A stretch of 21,799 nt of DNA from a virus (lineage: Duplodnaviria; Heunggongvirae; Uroviricota; Caudoviricetes). Made by a program: the position numbers and the translations under genes. The stretch lies in the IMG/VR virus record IMGVR_UViG_2690316325_000016; one strand, 5' to 3'. The notes beneath the pieces were generated by a model. That model saw only the letters and a program-made list of their open reading frames with translations. It did not search any database and had not been told where the DNA came from. Below, in pieces: positions 1 to 8,299 of the stretch (position 1 is the stretch's first letter; every line of letters begins with the position of its first letter).

Positions 1-529
<529 letters not shown>

Positions 530-540
<11 letters not shown>

Positions 541-670
541 GTTTTCTCCTCATGGACACCACCAGTGCATAAAGCAGCAACAAACAGCCAGACAGCATCA
601 GAGACGCTGGCAGACCTGCATACAGATAAACGCCAGCAGTGAGCAGACCGAAACCGATCAGCCCGGTCAT
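530..670 (-). CDS. Possible small hydrophobic protein (46 aa) between terminase and portal
   Basis: ATG at 670, translation MTGLIGFGLLTAGVYLYAGLPASLMLSGCLLLLYALVVSMRRKHAS; no clear SD; overlaps portal start by 11 nt. Confidence 0.2.
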
Positions 671-687
671 ATCAGTAATAAGCTGTT

Positions 688-2445
688 TCACAGAATTAAC
701 AGGTCCTCATCAGGATCAAGCGTGGACAGAAAGTCATTCACGCCCCCGCCATTTACCAGAAAGCGGCTCATGGCTGTAAAAAGCGCAACAGGGCCGTCGA
801 TTTTGGCTTCCGGCGTGGATTTATTCGGGAAGATGTTGTCGTTTTTGTCCGGTTTTACAGTAACGTTAGACATCATCCAGTTCATGACCGGATGATTGCT
901 GTGATGGAAACGCCCGGCATAAACCAGTGATTCCGTTTCCTTCATGGCCTCTGACAGATTGCGGACCGTCTGCGGAACCTCCACCAGCGGTATCCCTTCT
1001 TCAGCCAGTGCCAGGCTGAACTGCATTGCGCTCCACGGGTCAAACCCCAGTTCCCTGAGGTTTTCACCGCCAATCCATTCCAGTAAGTCACTTTTTATCT
1101 GAGCATGATCGATAACATCACCATCCGTCAGGATGAGCTTATCCATCTCCGCCCACTTCCGGTAAAGTTCTGCCTGCTGCCGCGAGCATCGTTCCAGCCG
1201 TCCTTCCGGAAGCCAGAATTTAAAATCAGCATGAACATGTCCGTTATCGGTTCGCCAGAGTTTTGCCGCCGCACAGATATCAATCTTATGAGCAAGGTCG
1301 ACGCCGACCCACATGGGATATGTTTTCAGCTCATGTTGTGGAGCAATGTATTCGCACTTCTCCCACTTAATCATATCCATCCAGGCAGATTCGGCAGTGA
1401 CCCACACATTCATGTGTTTGGTAAAAAAATTCACCCGCGCAGAGACCTGCTCCTTCGCTTTTTTCGCCAGACGACGCAGATCATCCCAGCGTTTACAGAT
1501 GCCCAGGCCAGGATTCGCTTTCTGCCAGACCGTTTCATCAAACGGATCATCTCCCTCATCGAGCGTGTAAATGATCGCAAAGTAGGAGTCGTCTTTTACC
1601 GCGCCCTCCACGTCGCTGTTATAGCCTCGCAATACCTTAATGGCGTAATCGCGCTGCTCGTAGCAAATCCCTTCCTTGTTAAAGCCAGCCGTGGTGATGC
1701 CAAATAACAGAGACTGCAGACGGGCACCGGTTGCCGTTTCCAGAACGTCCCACACGTCACGGGTTTTATGAGCATGCAGCTCATCAATAATGGCGCAGTG
1801 GATGTTCAGACCGTCCAGGTTGTTTGCATCCGAGGAAAGCGGTTCAAATTTTGATGCGCTCTGCTCCTGGTAAATCGCCAGCTTGTTGAAATCAAACAAC
1901 CGCCCGAGTGTCGACCGGGCTTTTCTGACCATATTTTTGGCGTCTTCAAACACAATTCTGGCCTGGTCACGCGTGGTTGCGGCTGAATACACCTCAGCCC
2001 CGCCTTCACCATCTGCCCCCGTCATATACAGACCGATACCCGATGACAGGGTTGATTTTGCGTTTTTACGGGCAACTTCGTTGTATGCTGTCCGGAACCG
2101 GCGCACCATCACCGGGCGTCCACTGCCATCGCTGCGCATGACAACTTCCCCGGTTTCTTCATTCACCAGCGGAATGACAAAACCAAAAATATTAATGAGG
2201 ATAAACACATGCCAGTCCATCAACTCAATGGGCTGACCTGCCAGCGCCCCTTTCACATGGGGTACAAATTTGTAGAAATTAAGGATGTGCTGTGCACGGG
2301 GTTCACTGAAATAAATCCCCCGCTCTTCGCCGTACTTCAGATCATCAAGAAAACGCTGGCAGGCCAGACGGACAAATTCGCCAGCAACAATTTCTCCTGC
2401 AACAACACGTTCGGCGTAGCGGATCCCGTCAGCCACTTTTGCCAT
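688..2445 (-). CDS. Terminase large subunit
   Basis: 585 aa ORF with terminase ATPase/nuclease-like sequence; ATGA overlap with upstream small terminase subunit. Confidence 0.9.
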   Translation of the reverse strand: MAKVADGIRYAERVVAGEIVAGEFVRLACQRFLDDLKYGEERGIYFSEPRAQHILNFYKFVPHVKGALAGQPIELMDWHVFILINIFGFVIPLVNEETGEVVMRSDGSGRPVMVRRFRTAYNEVARKNAKSTLSSGIGLYMTGADGEGGAEVYSAATTRDQARIVFEDAKNMVRKARSTLGRLFDFNKLAIYQEQSASKFEPLSSDANNLDGLNIHCAIIDELHAHKTRDVWDVLETATGARLQSLLFGITTAGFNKEGICYEQRDYAIKVLRGYNSDVEGAVKDDSYFAIIYTLDEGDDPFDETVWQKANPGLGICKRWDDLRRLAKKAKEQVSARVNFFTKHMNVWVTAESAWMDMIKWEKCEYIAPQHELKTYPMWVGVDLAHKIDICAAAKLWRTDNGHVHADFKFWLPEGRLERCSRQQAELYRKWAEMDKLILTDGDVIDHAQIKSDLLEWIGGENLRELGFDPWSAMQFSLALAEEGIPLVEVPQTVRNLSEAMKETESLVYAGRFHHSNHPVMNWMMSNVTVKPDKNDNIFPNKSTPEAKIDGPVALFTAMSRFLVNGGGVNDFLSTLDPDEDLLIL

Positions 2446-2927
2446 CAGTCTCTCGCTTTTAAAAGCTCTGCCAGCGGATCAACATCATCCGGTCCGGCGG
2501 TATTTACTTTCGCCCGGCTTGCCGGTGACATACCAAACTCTGCAAGCATCGCCCGAATCCGCTTCCAGGCATCAGCCTTCATCGCAGCAGCCGGGTGTGC
2601 CTTGATCAGCACATCGCCATTCTGCGTTTCCGTGCGGTAGGTATAACCCTCAACATCGAGTATTTCGCAGTGATGCCGGTATTCGGTGTAGGCTTCCACC
2701 AGTAACTCGAGCGCACGTGCATCGAGCTGAGAAATGATCCCTTCCGCATTCAGCTCTTCCGCCATTCGCCTGAACCAGTACTTCCCCTGCGCCCCTAAAT
2801 GTTGCGGAATTTTAGGGAGACCTTTTTCATCCTTTTTAGCGGTTTTTTTGGAGTCTTTAACTGGCCGCTTTGAGGGGTTACCTCGTATCAAATGCAGGCG
2901 TGGCGGGGTTTTCGGGGGTCCAGACAT
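2445..2927 (-). CDS. Terminase small subunit (P27/HK97-like)
   Basis: 160 aa basic N-terminus, sits between HNH endonuclease and large terminase; stop overlaps terL start. Confidence 0.8.
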   Translation of the reverse strand: MSGPPKTPPRLHLIRGNPSKRPVKDSKKTAKKDEKGLPKIPQHLGAQGKYWFRRMAEELNAEGIISQLDARALELLVEAYTEYRHHCEILDVEGYTYRTETQNGDVLIKAHPAAAMKADAWKRIRAMLAEFGMSPASRAKVNTAGPDDVDPLAELLKARD

Positions 2928-3074
2928 AATCGGTTTTACCTATCAATCATTTAATCACATTCCAAAAAAAAGTTTTCGAACCTGCGGCGATGCGAGGAAA
3001 GGTCAGGCGGCGGTACTGAGCAGCCAGGGTTGCAGAGATTTGACCTGCCCCTCCCCTACAGATGGGAACTGTTA

Positions 3075-3425
3075 TCAATTGATGCGTTCGCGCGCTGTTT
3101 TTGCTTTATGACAGGGCCAGCACAGACTCTGCAGGTTACTGTCTGCATCCGTGCCACCATGAGCTTTCGGAATGATGTGGTCCACAGTTCTGGCTTCAAC
3201 GGCTCTCCCATTGCGCAGGCAGTTCTGACACAGATGATTATCACGCTTCAGTATGCGCGCACGTATGGCATCCCATTTCGAGCCATAGCCACGCTGGTGG
3301 CGGCTCAGTCCGCGTTGATGCTGTACCCATCCTTCGCCACGATGTTTATCGCAGTAACCAGAACTGTCTGTGGTTGTACCTGCACATCCACGCTTACGGC
3401 AGGCGCGTGGGATTCGTGGGGGCAT
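3075..3425 (-). CDS. HNH homing-type endonuclease (packaging-associated); alternative upstream start at 3524
   Basis: Cys-rich and His-containing HNH motifs (CQNC...HIIPKAHGG...CWPCH); GGAG 5 nt upstream of ATG 3425; HNH-terS-terL arrangement typical of cos phages. Confidence 0.8.
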   Translation of the reverse strand: MPPRIPRACRKRGCAGTTTDSSGYCDKHRGEGWVQHQRGLSRHQRGYGSKWDAIRARILKRDNHLCQNCLRNGRAVEARTVDHIIPKAHGGTDADSNLQSLCWPCHKAKTARERIN

Positions 3426-3545
3426 ATGTACTCCAATGAAGAAGCCACCGACATAGCCTCCTCCATTCATAGTGAAACTATTTTCATCTACCCAGTAATG
3501 AATTCTTTGTAGAGTTGTGATCAATACAACTCACTAATGGAGAGG

Positions 3546-3567
3546 CTTGTCCAACACGTTGGACAAG
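3546..3567 (+). other. Perfect 9 bp stem / 4 nt loop hairpin followed by T-rich tract (candidate terminator or packaging-region structure)
   Basis: cttgtccaa-cacg-ttggacaag then tttcctgtttgattt. Confidence 0.35.
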
Positions 3568-3647
3568 TTTCCTGTTTGATTTACTGGACACTATAGAAGG
3601 ACAGAATGCCTTCATCACTCGAATAACATCAATTAAGGAGGTTCAAC

Positions 3648-3770
3648 ATGTTTCATTCCACAAATCATCAGGCTGTAATTATGGCTGCATCAGCTTGTGC
3701 CACAGACCTTTTCCGCTTCACTTTGAGCCTGATTCATTTCTACCTGACCGGCTCGCCTCTATCTTTTTAA
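3648..3770 (+). CDS. Small ORF (40 aa) with consensus Shine-Dalgarno
   Basis: AAGGAGG at 3634-3640, 7 nt spacer, ATG 3648; translation MFHSTNHQAVIMAASACATDLFRFTLSLIHFYLTGSPLSF. Confidence 0.3.
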   Translation: MFHSTNHQAVIMAASACATDLFRFTLSLIHFYLTGSPLSF

Positions 3771-3950
3771 TCCCCGCTTTATCCAAATTGCATTGCCAGA
3801 ATGCTGACAACAGACTGACATTCAAATCCTGACTACCTCCAATAGGCTGAGCATCCACCTATATAGTTTTAATTTTCATCAATCCATTTAACTATCGTTT
3901 AATTGTTGTCACATAGGATTCTGCCGTTTTTAACAATGCAGGATAATAAG

Positions 3951-4244
3951 ATGAAAAAAATGTTGTTTTCTGCCGCTCTGGCAATGCTTATTACAGGATG
4001 TGCTCAACAGACGTTTACTGTTGGAAACAAACCGACAGCAGTAACACCAAAGGAAACCATCACCCATCATTTCTTCGTTTCGGGAATTGGACAGGAGAAA
4101 ACTGTTGATGCAGCCAAAATTTGTGGCGGCGCAGAAAATGTTGTTAAAACAGAAACCCAGCAAACATTCGTAAATGGATTTCTCGGTTTTATTACTTTAG
4201 GCATTTATACTCCACTGGAAGCGCGTGTGTATTGCTCACAATAA
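3951..4244 (+). CDS. bor: Bor outer-membrane lipoprotein (serum resistance, lysogenic conversion)
   Basis: 97 aa, signal peptide with lipobox LITGC, near-identity to recalled lambda Bor; opposite strand to late operon as in lambda. Confidence 0.9.
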   Translation: MKKMLFSAALAMLITGCAQQTFTVGNKPTAVTPKETITHHFFVSGIGQEKTVDAAKICGGAENVVKTETQQTFVNGFLGFITLGIYTPLEARVYCSQ

Positions 4245-4254
4245 TTGCATGAGT

Positions 4255-4272
4255 TGCCCATCGATATGGGCA
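4255..4272. terminator. 18 bp perfect palindrome between convergent bor and Rz (candidate bidirectional terminator)
   Basis: TGCCCATCGATATGGGCA; no strong U-tract on either side. Confidence 0.3.
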
Positions 4273-4275
4273 GCT

Positions 4276-4737
4276 CTATCTGCACTGCTCATTAATATAC
4301 TTCTGGGTTCCTTCCAGTTGTTTTTGCATAGTGATCACCCTCTCTCTGAGGGTGAAATAATCCCGTTCAGCGGTGTCTGCCAGTCGGGGGCTGGTTGCAT
4401 TATCCACGCCGGAGGCGGTGGTGGCTTCACGCACTGACTGACAGACTGCTTTGATGTGCAACCGACGACGACCAGCGGCAACATCAGCGCGCAGAGTTTC
4501 ATTTTCAGCTTTCGCATTGGCTAATTCTCTCGAGTACTTTGCATCGAGTGCAGCAACATCACGCTGACGCTGCTGCATGTCAGCGATGGTGGCGATCGCC
4601 TGCTTCAGCTCACTGACTTTTTTATCACGCTGTTCTTTGTAGGCGATGGCGTTATCACGGTAATGATTGACCGCCCACGACAGGCAGACGATGATGCAGA
4701 TAACCAAAGCATAAATAATCGCGGCGACTCTGCTCAC
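4276..4737 (-). CDS. rz: Rz i-spanin (inner-membrane spanin); GTG start overlapping endolysin stop (track shows a TTG start at 4752)
   Basis: N-terminal TM segment then coiled-coil region; close match to recalled lambda Rz; GGGGGA upstream of GTG 4737. Confidence 0.9.
   Translation of the reverse strand: MSRVAAIIYALVICIIVCLSWAVNHYRDNAIAYKEQRDKKVSELKQAIATIADMQQRQRDVAALDAKYSRELANAKAENETLRADVAAGRRRLHIKAVCQSVREATTASGVDNATSPRLADTAERDYFTLRERVITMQKQLEGTQKYINEQCR
4335..4517 (-). CDS. rz1: Rz1 o-spanin lipoprotein, embedded in the +1 frame of Rz
   Basis: 60 aa, lipobox LVVVGC, proline-rich; fully nested within Rz. Confidence 0.9.
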   Translation of the reverse strand: MRKLKMKLCALMLPLVVVGCTSKQSVSQCVKPPPPPAWIMQPAPDWQTPLNGIISPSERG

Positions 4738-5267
4738 TGCTCTATCCCCCAACAGGCTAATGCGCTTTCCTGGTCACGACGAATAACCTGTCCATAGCAG
4801 TTATTTGAACGTATGCGGCAATCGCGCCCACCATCTTTTATCCACCAGCGAATCGCCTCGCATGCGCCCTTACGATCACCGGCATTCAGCCGCTTATAAA
4901 ACGTCGACGGGAAACACTTACCGGGGCCAATGTTATAGGGACAGAATGACGCTATACCCGCTTTTTGTGGTTCGGTCAGTGGTACTTTAATATTGCGCTC
5001 CACCCATGCCAGCGCCTTATCACGCTCAATGGCGTTGACCTGGTCGCATTTTTCCTTCGACAGTTTCATACCGGGAAAAACGGGTTTTCCATCCACCATC
5101 GTGGCACCCCGACAGATGGTCCAGATGCCGGACCCATCGCGGTATGCCGTTGTGTGGTTACCTTCTTTTTCATCCAGAAACTGGTCGAGAATATCAGGCG
5201 CGGGCGCACCGACGGCAATCAGTGCCAGAACGGCAGCCGACAGGCCGTATCTGATTTTTGCGTTCAT
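4734..5267 (-). CDS. SAR endolysin (phage lysozyme, T4-lysozyme-like GH24, P21 R / RrrQ type)
   Basis: 177 aa; hydrophobic N-terminal signal-anchor-release segment [21 protein letters not shown] followed by lysozyme domain. Confidence 0.9.
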   Translation of the reverse strand: MNAKIRYGLSAAVLALIAVGAPAPDILDQFLDEKEGNHTTAYRDGSGIWTICRGATMVDGKPVFPGMKLSKEKCDQVNAIERDKALAWVERNIKVPLTEPQKAGIASFCPYNIGPGKCFPSTFYKRLNAGDRKGACEAIRWWIKDGGRDCRIRSNNCYGQVIRRDQESALACWGIEQ

Positions 5268-5330
5268 GGATATTTATCAGGATTTATCGGTTTCTGCCCA
5301 CGGACAGGTTTATCTGTTCCGGTCAGTGAC

Positions 5331-5681
5331 TTAAGGTTGTGATTCCGGAGGAGTCTTCAGAGAACCAGTAATTCTTCCCGGTAGCTTTCCTTTGTAGGTT
5401 ATCCATACATTCTGCGCCTCTAAAATTACGGGGCGCTTTTCCGGCGACTGCTCATCCCCTTCACATAACCCGGCAGCAACATCCAGGAAGACCTGTCTGA
5501 TGCTCATTCTGGCTGCTGCCTCATAAAACTCCAGCGCGGCACCTTCAACACGGTCCAGCGAGATGTCCAGGTCAAAAATTTCACCGTCAAAGCGTTTTTT
5601 GTCCCGTAACGCTAAAGTTACCGTAACTTTATTCTCAAAATTGCGGATCCCTTTCACAATCAGTTCATAGTTTTGAGTCAT
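5331..5681 (-). CDS. Hypothetical protein inserted between holin and endolysin (YdfR-like position)
   Basis: 116 aa ORF, GGGGAGAG SD upstream of ATG 5681; occupies same slot as ydfR in Qin-type lysis cassettes. Confidence 0.6.
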   Translation of the reverse strand: MTQNYELIVKGIRNFENKVTVTLALRDKKRFDGEIFDLDISLDRVEGAALEFYEAAARMSIRQVFLDVAAGLCEGDEQSPEKRPVILEAQNVWITYKGKLPGRITGSLKTPPESQP

Positions 5682-5685
5682 TGAA

Positions 5686-5901
5686 TTACTCTCCCCGTGC
5701 AGCCTTACGACGGTCCTCTCTGATTTTGAAATACAGGTTAGTCAGATATGTCAGCAGCCCAAACAGCAGACTCCCCAGCACGCCTATTGCCGCCCACTGA
5801 GACGGGGAAACCCTGTCCAGCAACTGCAGGAACCAGTAGCCCGTTCCCACCGCTGACGTGGTGTATGACACACCTGTTGTGATTTTTTCCATCTGGTCCA
5901 T
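5686..5901 (-). CDS. Pinholin, S21/EssQ-like class II holin with dual-start motif (Met1/Met4)
   Basis: 71 aa [10 protein letters not shown]...; two TM segments and C-terminal [13 protein letters not shown]; pairs with SAR endolysin. Confidence 0.85.
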   Translation of the reverse strand: MDQMEKITTGVSYTTSAVGTGYWFLQLLDRVSPSQWAAIGVLGSLLFGLLTYLTNLYFKIREDRRKAARGE

Positions 5902-6208
5902 ACCCCGTCTCCCGTTATCCGGAAGCTGACAACAATAAAAAAGCCACCAGTTAACTACTGATGGCTCTGATAACTCATGCAAGCGTCTCAGACGACCCAC
6001 TGACACTACCGGTGAGTTTAACGATACCTTCCATTTGACTGGCTCACTTTTTATGATGATGCCGGTGCATTTATCTCCAGCACCAGACTTTCTATCTCAA
6101 CGCCATACGTTGCATTTTTGGTAATATCCGTCAGCGTCAGTGCATTTAGTCCCACTGCCAGACTGTCTTTTATGGCCTGGAATGCCGGGCCAGTACGATG
6201 ACGTAGTA

Positions 6209-6397
6209 TCACTCCGGCTCAGTTGCACCACTGACCACCACATCACCTTCTGCTGCAATCGCCTGCATCAGGGTATAAGGGGTTATGGCCACCGGACTAC
6301 CAAACGGCTGCCAGCCCTCTTTCAGTTTATGTGTCAGCTTTTCCGCAAGATCTGACGGCGGCGCCGCCCTGACAACATCATAGTATTTAAATGCCAT
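6209..6397 (-). CDS. Hypothetical small phage protein (62 aa); possibly the N-terminal part of a frameshifted longer gene extending to 6051
   Basis: ATG 6397 with GGTGGAAAG SD; a protein-like reading frame continues in a different frame downstream to TAA at 6051. Confidence 0.45.
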   Translation of the reverse strand: MAFKYYDVVRAAPPSDLAEKLTHKLKEGWQPFGSPVAITPYTLMQAIAAEGDVVVSGATEPE

Positions 6398-6656
6398 GGT
6401 TCTTTCCACCATCTGAAAAATAATTCTTTAAAATACCTGACATGTAATACAGAAAAAACACAAAACCATACCTTAAATAAAAACCTGATTATCAAGCAGA
6501 TATGCATGGATAAACTACAAGACGAGATATAAACCACCCTGTATTTAAATAAACAATAAACAACATCAGAAAAATAATTCTGCTCTATGGTTTAATTCAA
6601 AAATATCATTTATACTTTTCAGAACATCACCAGCAAGGCATAAACAAGGAAAGTAA

Positions 6657-6992
6657 ATGAAGTGGATTGTGATTGATACAGTTATCCAGCCATCATGCGG
6701 AATATCTTTTTCAGTCATATGGAGTAAAATAAAATTAATAATCTGGTATCAATCGGATGCTTTCTTACCTCCTGAAAGTATATTTACACTGACTCACACA
6801 GGCATCATGCTCAATAACAAAGTGCTACCTGTAACCATTTACAACGTAGTACCATTCAATAAAACATTCTGGAATTTAATCAAAAACAACCAGGAATGCC
6901 CTACAAATACAGATAACGTAATGAATGAATGCTTTAATAACCGTTGCACTCTGCAAATATGTCCTTATGGACTAAAACAACAAAGTCCATAA
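6657..6992 (+). CDS. AT-rich moron protein (111 aa), antisense to late operon
   Basis: AAGGAAAG SD 6 nt before ATG; TATACT -10 at 6611-6616; 11 bp stem hairpin at ORF end; 6 of 13 Ile codons are AUA. Confidence 0.5.
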   Translation: MKWIVIDTVIQPSCGISFSVIWSKIKLIIWYQSDAFLPPESIFTLTHTGIMLNNKVLPVTIYNVVPFNKTFWNLIKNNQECPTNTDNVMNECFNNRCTLQICPYGLKQQSP

Positions 6993-6994
6993 GG
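6963..6994 (+). terminator. Hairpin (11 bp stem, 10 nt loop) at 3' end of plus-strand moron ORF
   Basis: ccttatggact-aaaacaacaa-agtccataagg; weak U-tract. Confidence 0.35.
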
Positions 6995-7009
6995 AGTTTA
7001 CTCACATCT

Positions 7010-7048
7010 GACAAAATCAATATAAACAGCCCCTCCGGAGAGGGGCTG
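7010..7048 (-). terminator. Intrinsic terminator-like hairpin plus U-tract for minus-strand transcription
   Basis: 9 bp GC-rich stem cagcccctc/gaggggctg with cgga loop, followed on minus strand by TTTATATTGATTTTG. Confidence 0.5.
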
Positions 7049-7272
7049 GAGAGTGGCGCTATGTGCCATTGCATGGTGCCGGGTGCCTCCCGGTGAATTC
7101 AGTACCAGCACCTGAATCCGCGATTATCCCATATACCTACTCGCTGATTGCCCCTCCGCACAGGGGGATTCACCATGCCAGTTTCTTTTAACAAACTCCC
7201 CGCAAACCAGACAACAGTCAACCGCCTGAATTGTGAAGTATTTAAAAATTTCTCCCGCTAACTGATACCCGG

Positions 7273-7359
7273 CTAACAGTCTGGCGTTTTCTTTTTCAGC
7301 AACGGGAAAGCAACAACCACCACACCCGCCACCAGCACACCGTCAGCCAGCACTGACAT
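7273..7359 (-). CDS. Possible 28 aa hydrophobic peptide (type I toxin-like or leader)
   Basis: MSVLADGVLVAGVVVVAFPLLKKKTPDC; no strong SD; lies in hairpin-rich region. Confidence 0.2.
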   Translation of the reverse strand: MSVLADGVLVAGVVVVAFPLLKKKTPDC

Positions 7360-7439
7360 TATCCGGCTGCTGCAATGCCACTCACAAAAACAGTAAGCAA
7401 TCACTTTTTACCGTAACAAGTGATAATCCAGATATGTAT

Positions 7440-7766
7440 CTACCCCAGATGAGTAATCCGAAGTTCATCCATACCACAGGTACTGGCTATTCTGTTGTAC
7501 TCCTGAACAAGAGCAAATAATTCTGAATTAGCAACCATGAACTCATCGCAAACCCTCTGTATAGCATCACTATTCAGAATAATAACGTCTCTTCCCGAAA
7601 GACGATCAGGAGTACAGAACAAAACTGTCAAACGGCTGAAGGCCTTTGCTCGTCCTGCATTGACTATATCAATACGCTGCCTAAGGATGAAACACCCCGA
7701 CGCCTCATCAATATTCACTCTACCCACACCATATGAATGATAAATATTTAATGCTGAAAAAACCAT
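7440..7766 (-). CDS. Moron protein at Q-downstream locus (108 aa from first ATG; track ORF begins at TTG 7793)
   Basis: Protein-like ORF in late-transcript orientation; weak RBS; 3 AGA, 2 AGG and 3 AUA codons. Confidence 0.4.
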   Translation of the reverse strand: MVFSALNIYHSYGVGRVNIDEASGCFILRQRIDIVNAGRAKAFSRLTVLFCTPDRLSGRDVIILNSDAIQRVCDEFMVANSELFALVQEYNRIASTCGMDELRITHLG

Positions 7767-7906
7767 TAGACCGTATAACAAACACTCAATCAATACTTAA
7801 CAGAACTTTTATTTTTGACAAACATAAAATATTTTCAACAATATCCTGAGCCAGGTATATTTCAGTATAAGGCTCTGCCGGAAGGAATCTGGAAGAATGA
7901 ATATAG

Positions 7907-7980
7907 CGCGCTGTACTGGATTCGAACCAGTGACCGATTGCTTAGAAGGCAATTGCTCTGTCCGGCTGAGCTAACAACGC
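7907..7980 (-). tRNA. tRNA-Arg (anticodon UCU), CCA not encoded
   Basis: Cloverleaf parsed by hand: acceptor GCGTTGT/ACAGCGC, D-arm GCTC/GAGC, anticodon loop CTTCTAA, T-arm ACTGG-TTCGAAT-CCAGT. Confidence 0.9.
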
Positions 7981-8080
7981 TGAATACCGATAATGGACCG
8001 CCATCGGGGACCCGCCCCCGCACCAACAACCCTGTTATCGTGTCGTCTGCTCTTCCTGATAAGCTAATGGCGGTTTGTGA

Positions 8081-8156
8081 TGGTGGCCCTTGCTGGATTT
8101 GAACCAGCGACCTGGCGATTATGAGTCGCTCGCTCTCACCACTGAGCTAAAGGGCC
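8081..8156 (-). tRNA. tRNA with CAU anticodon, ileX-like (tRNA-Ile2, lysidine) rather than Met; CCA encoded
   Basis: GGCCCTTTAGCTCAGTGGTGAGAGCGAGCGACTCATAATCGCCAGGTCGCTGGTTCAAATCCAGCAAGGGCCACCA; close to recalled E. coli ileX. Confidence 0.85.
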
Positions 8157-8195
8157 GGGAGCAGAATAATAACGGTCCGTAATTAATTCCGCAAT

Positions 8196-8218
8196 AAAAA
8201 ACCCGCTCGGCGGCGGGT
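8196..8218 (-). terminator. tR-prime-like intrinsic terminator downstream of late promoter
   Basis: Minus strand reads ACCCGC-CGCCGA-GCGGGT followed by TTTTTT. Confidence 0.6.
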
Positions 8219-8266
8219 TGTAGAAACTCTTCTAACGTCAGGCATAAAAAGCCCATTATTATGACG

Positions 8267-8294
8267 AATTTACCACAGATTCCGGAAAAATCAA
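8267..8294 (-). promoter_or_regulatory. Candidate late promoter (PR-prime-like) just downstream of Q
   Basis: Minus-strand -35 TTGATT, 16 nt spacer, -10 TAAATT; about 65 nt upstream of terminator. Confidence 0.35.
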
Positions 8295-8299
8295 CCTTG

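Noticed and set aside
3030-3512. 160 aa plus-strand ORF antisense to the HNH endonuclease
   Set aside because: Fully overlaps the HNH gene, which has clear catalytic motifs and an SD.
4225-4437. Plus-strand ORF overlapping bor end and Rz/Rz1
   Set aside because: Antisense to the conserved Rz/Rz1 pair; Gly-rich low-complexity translation.
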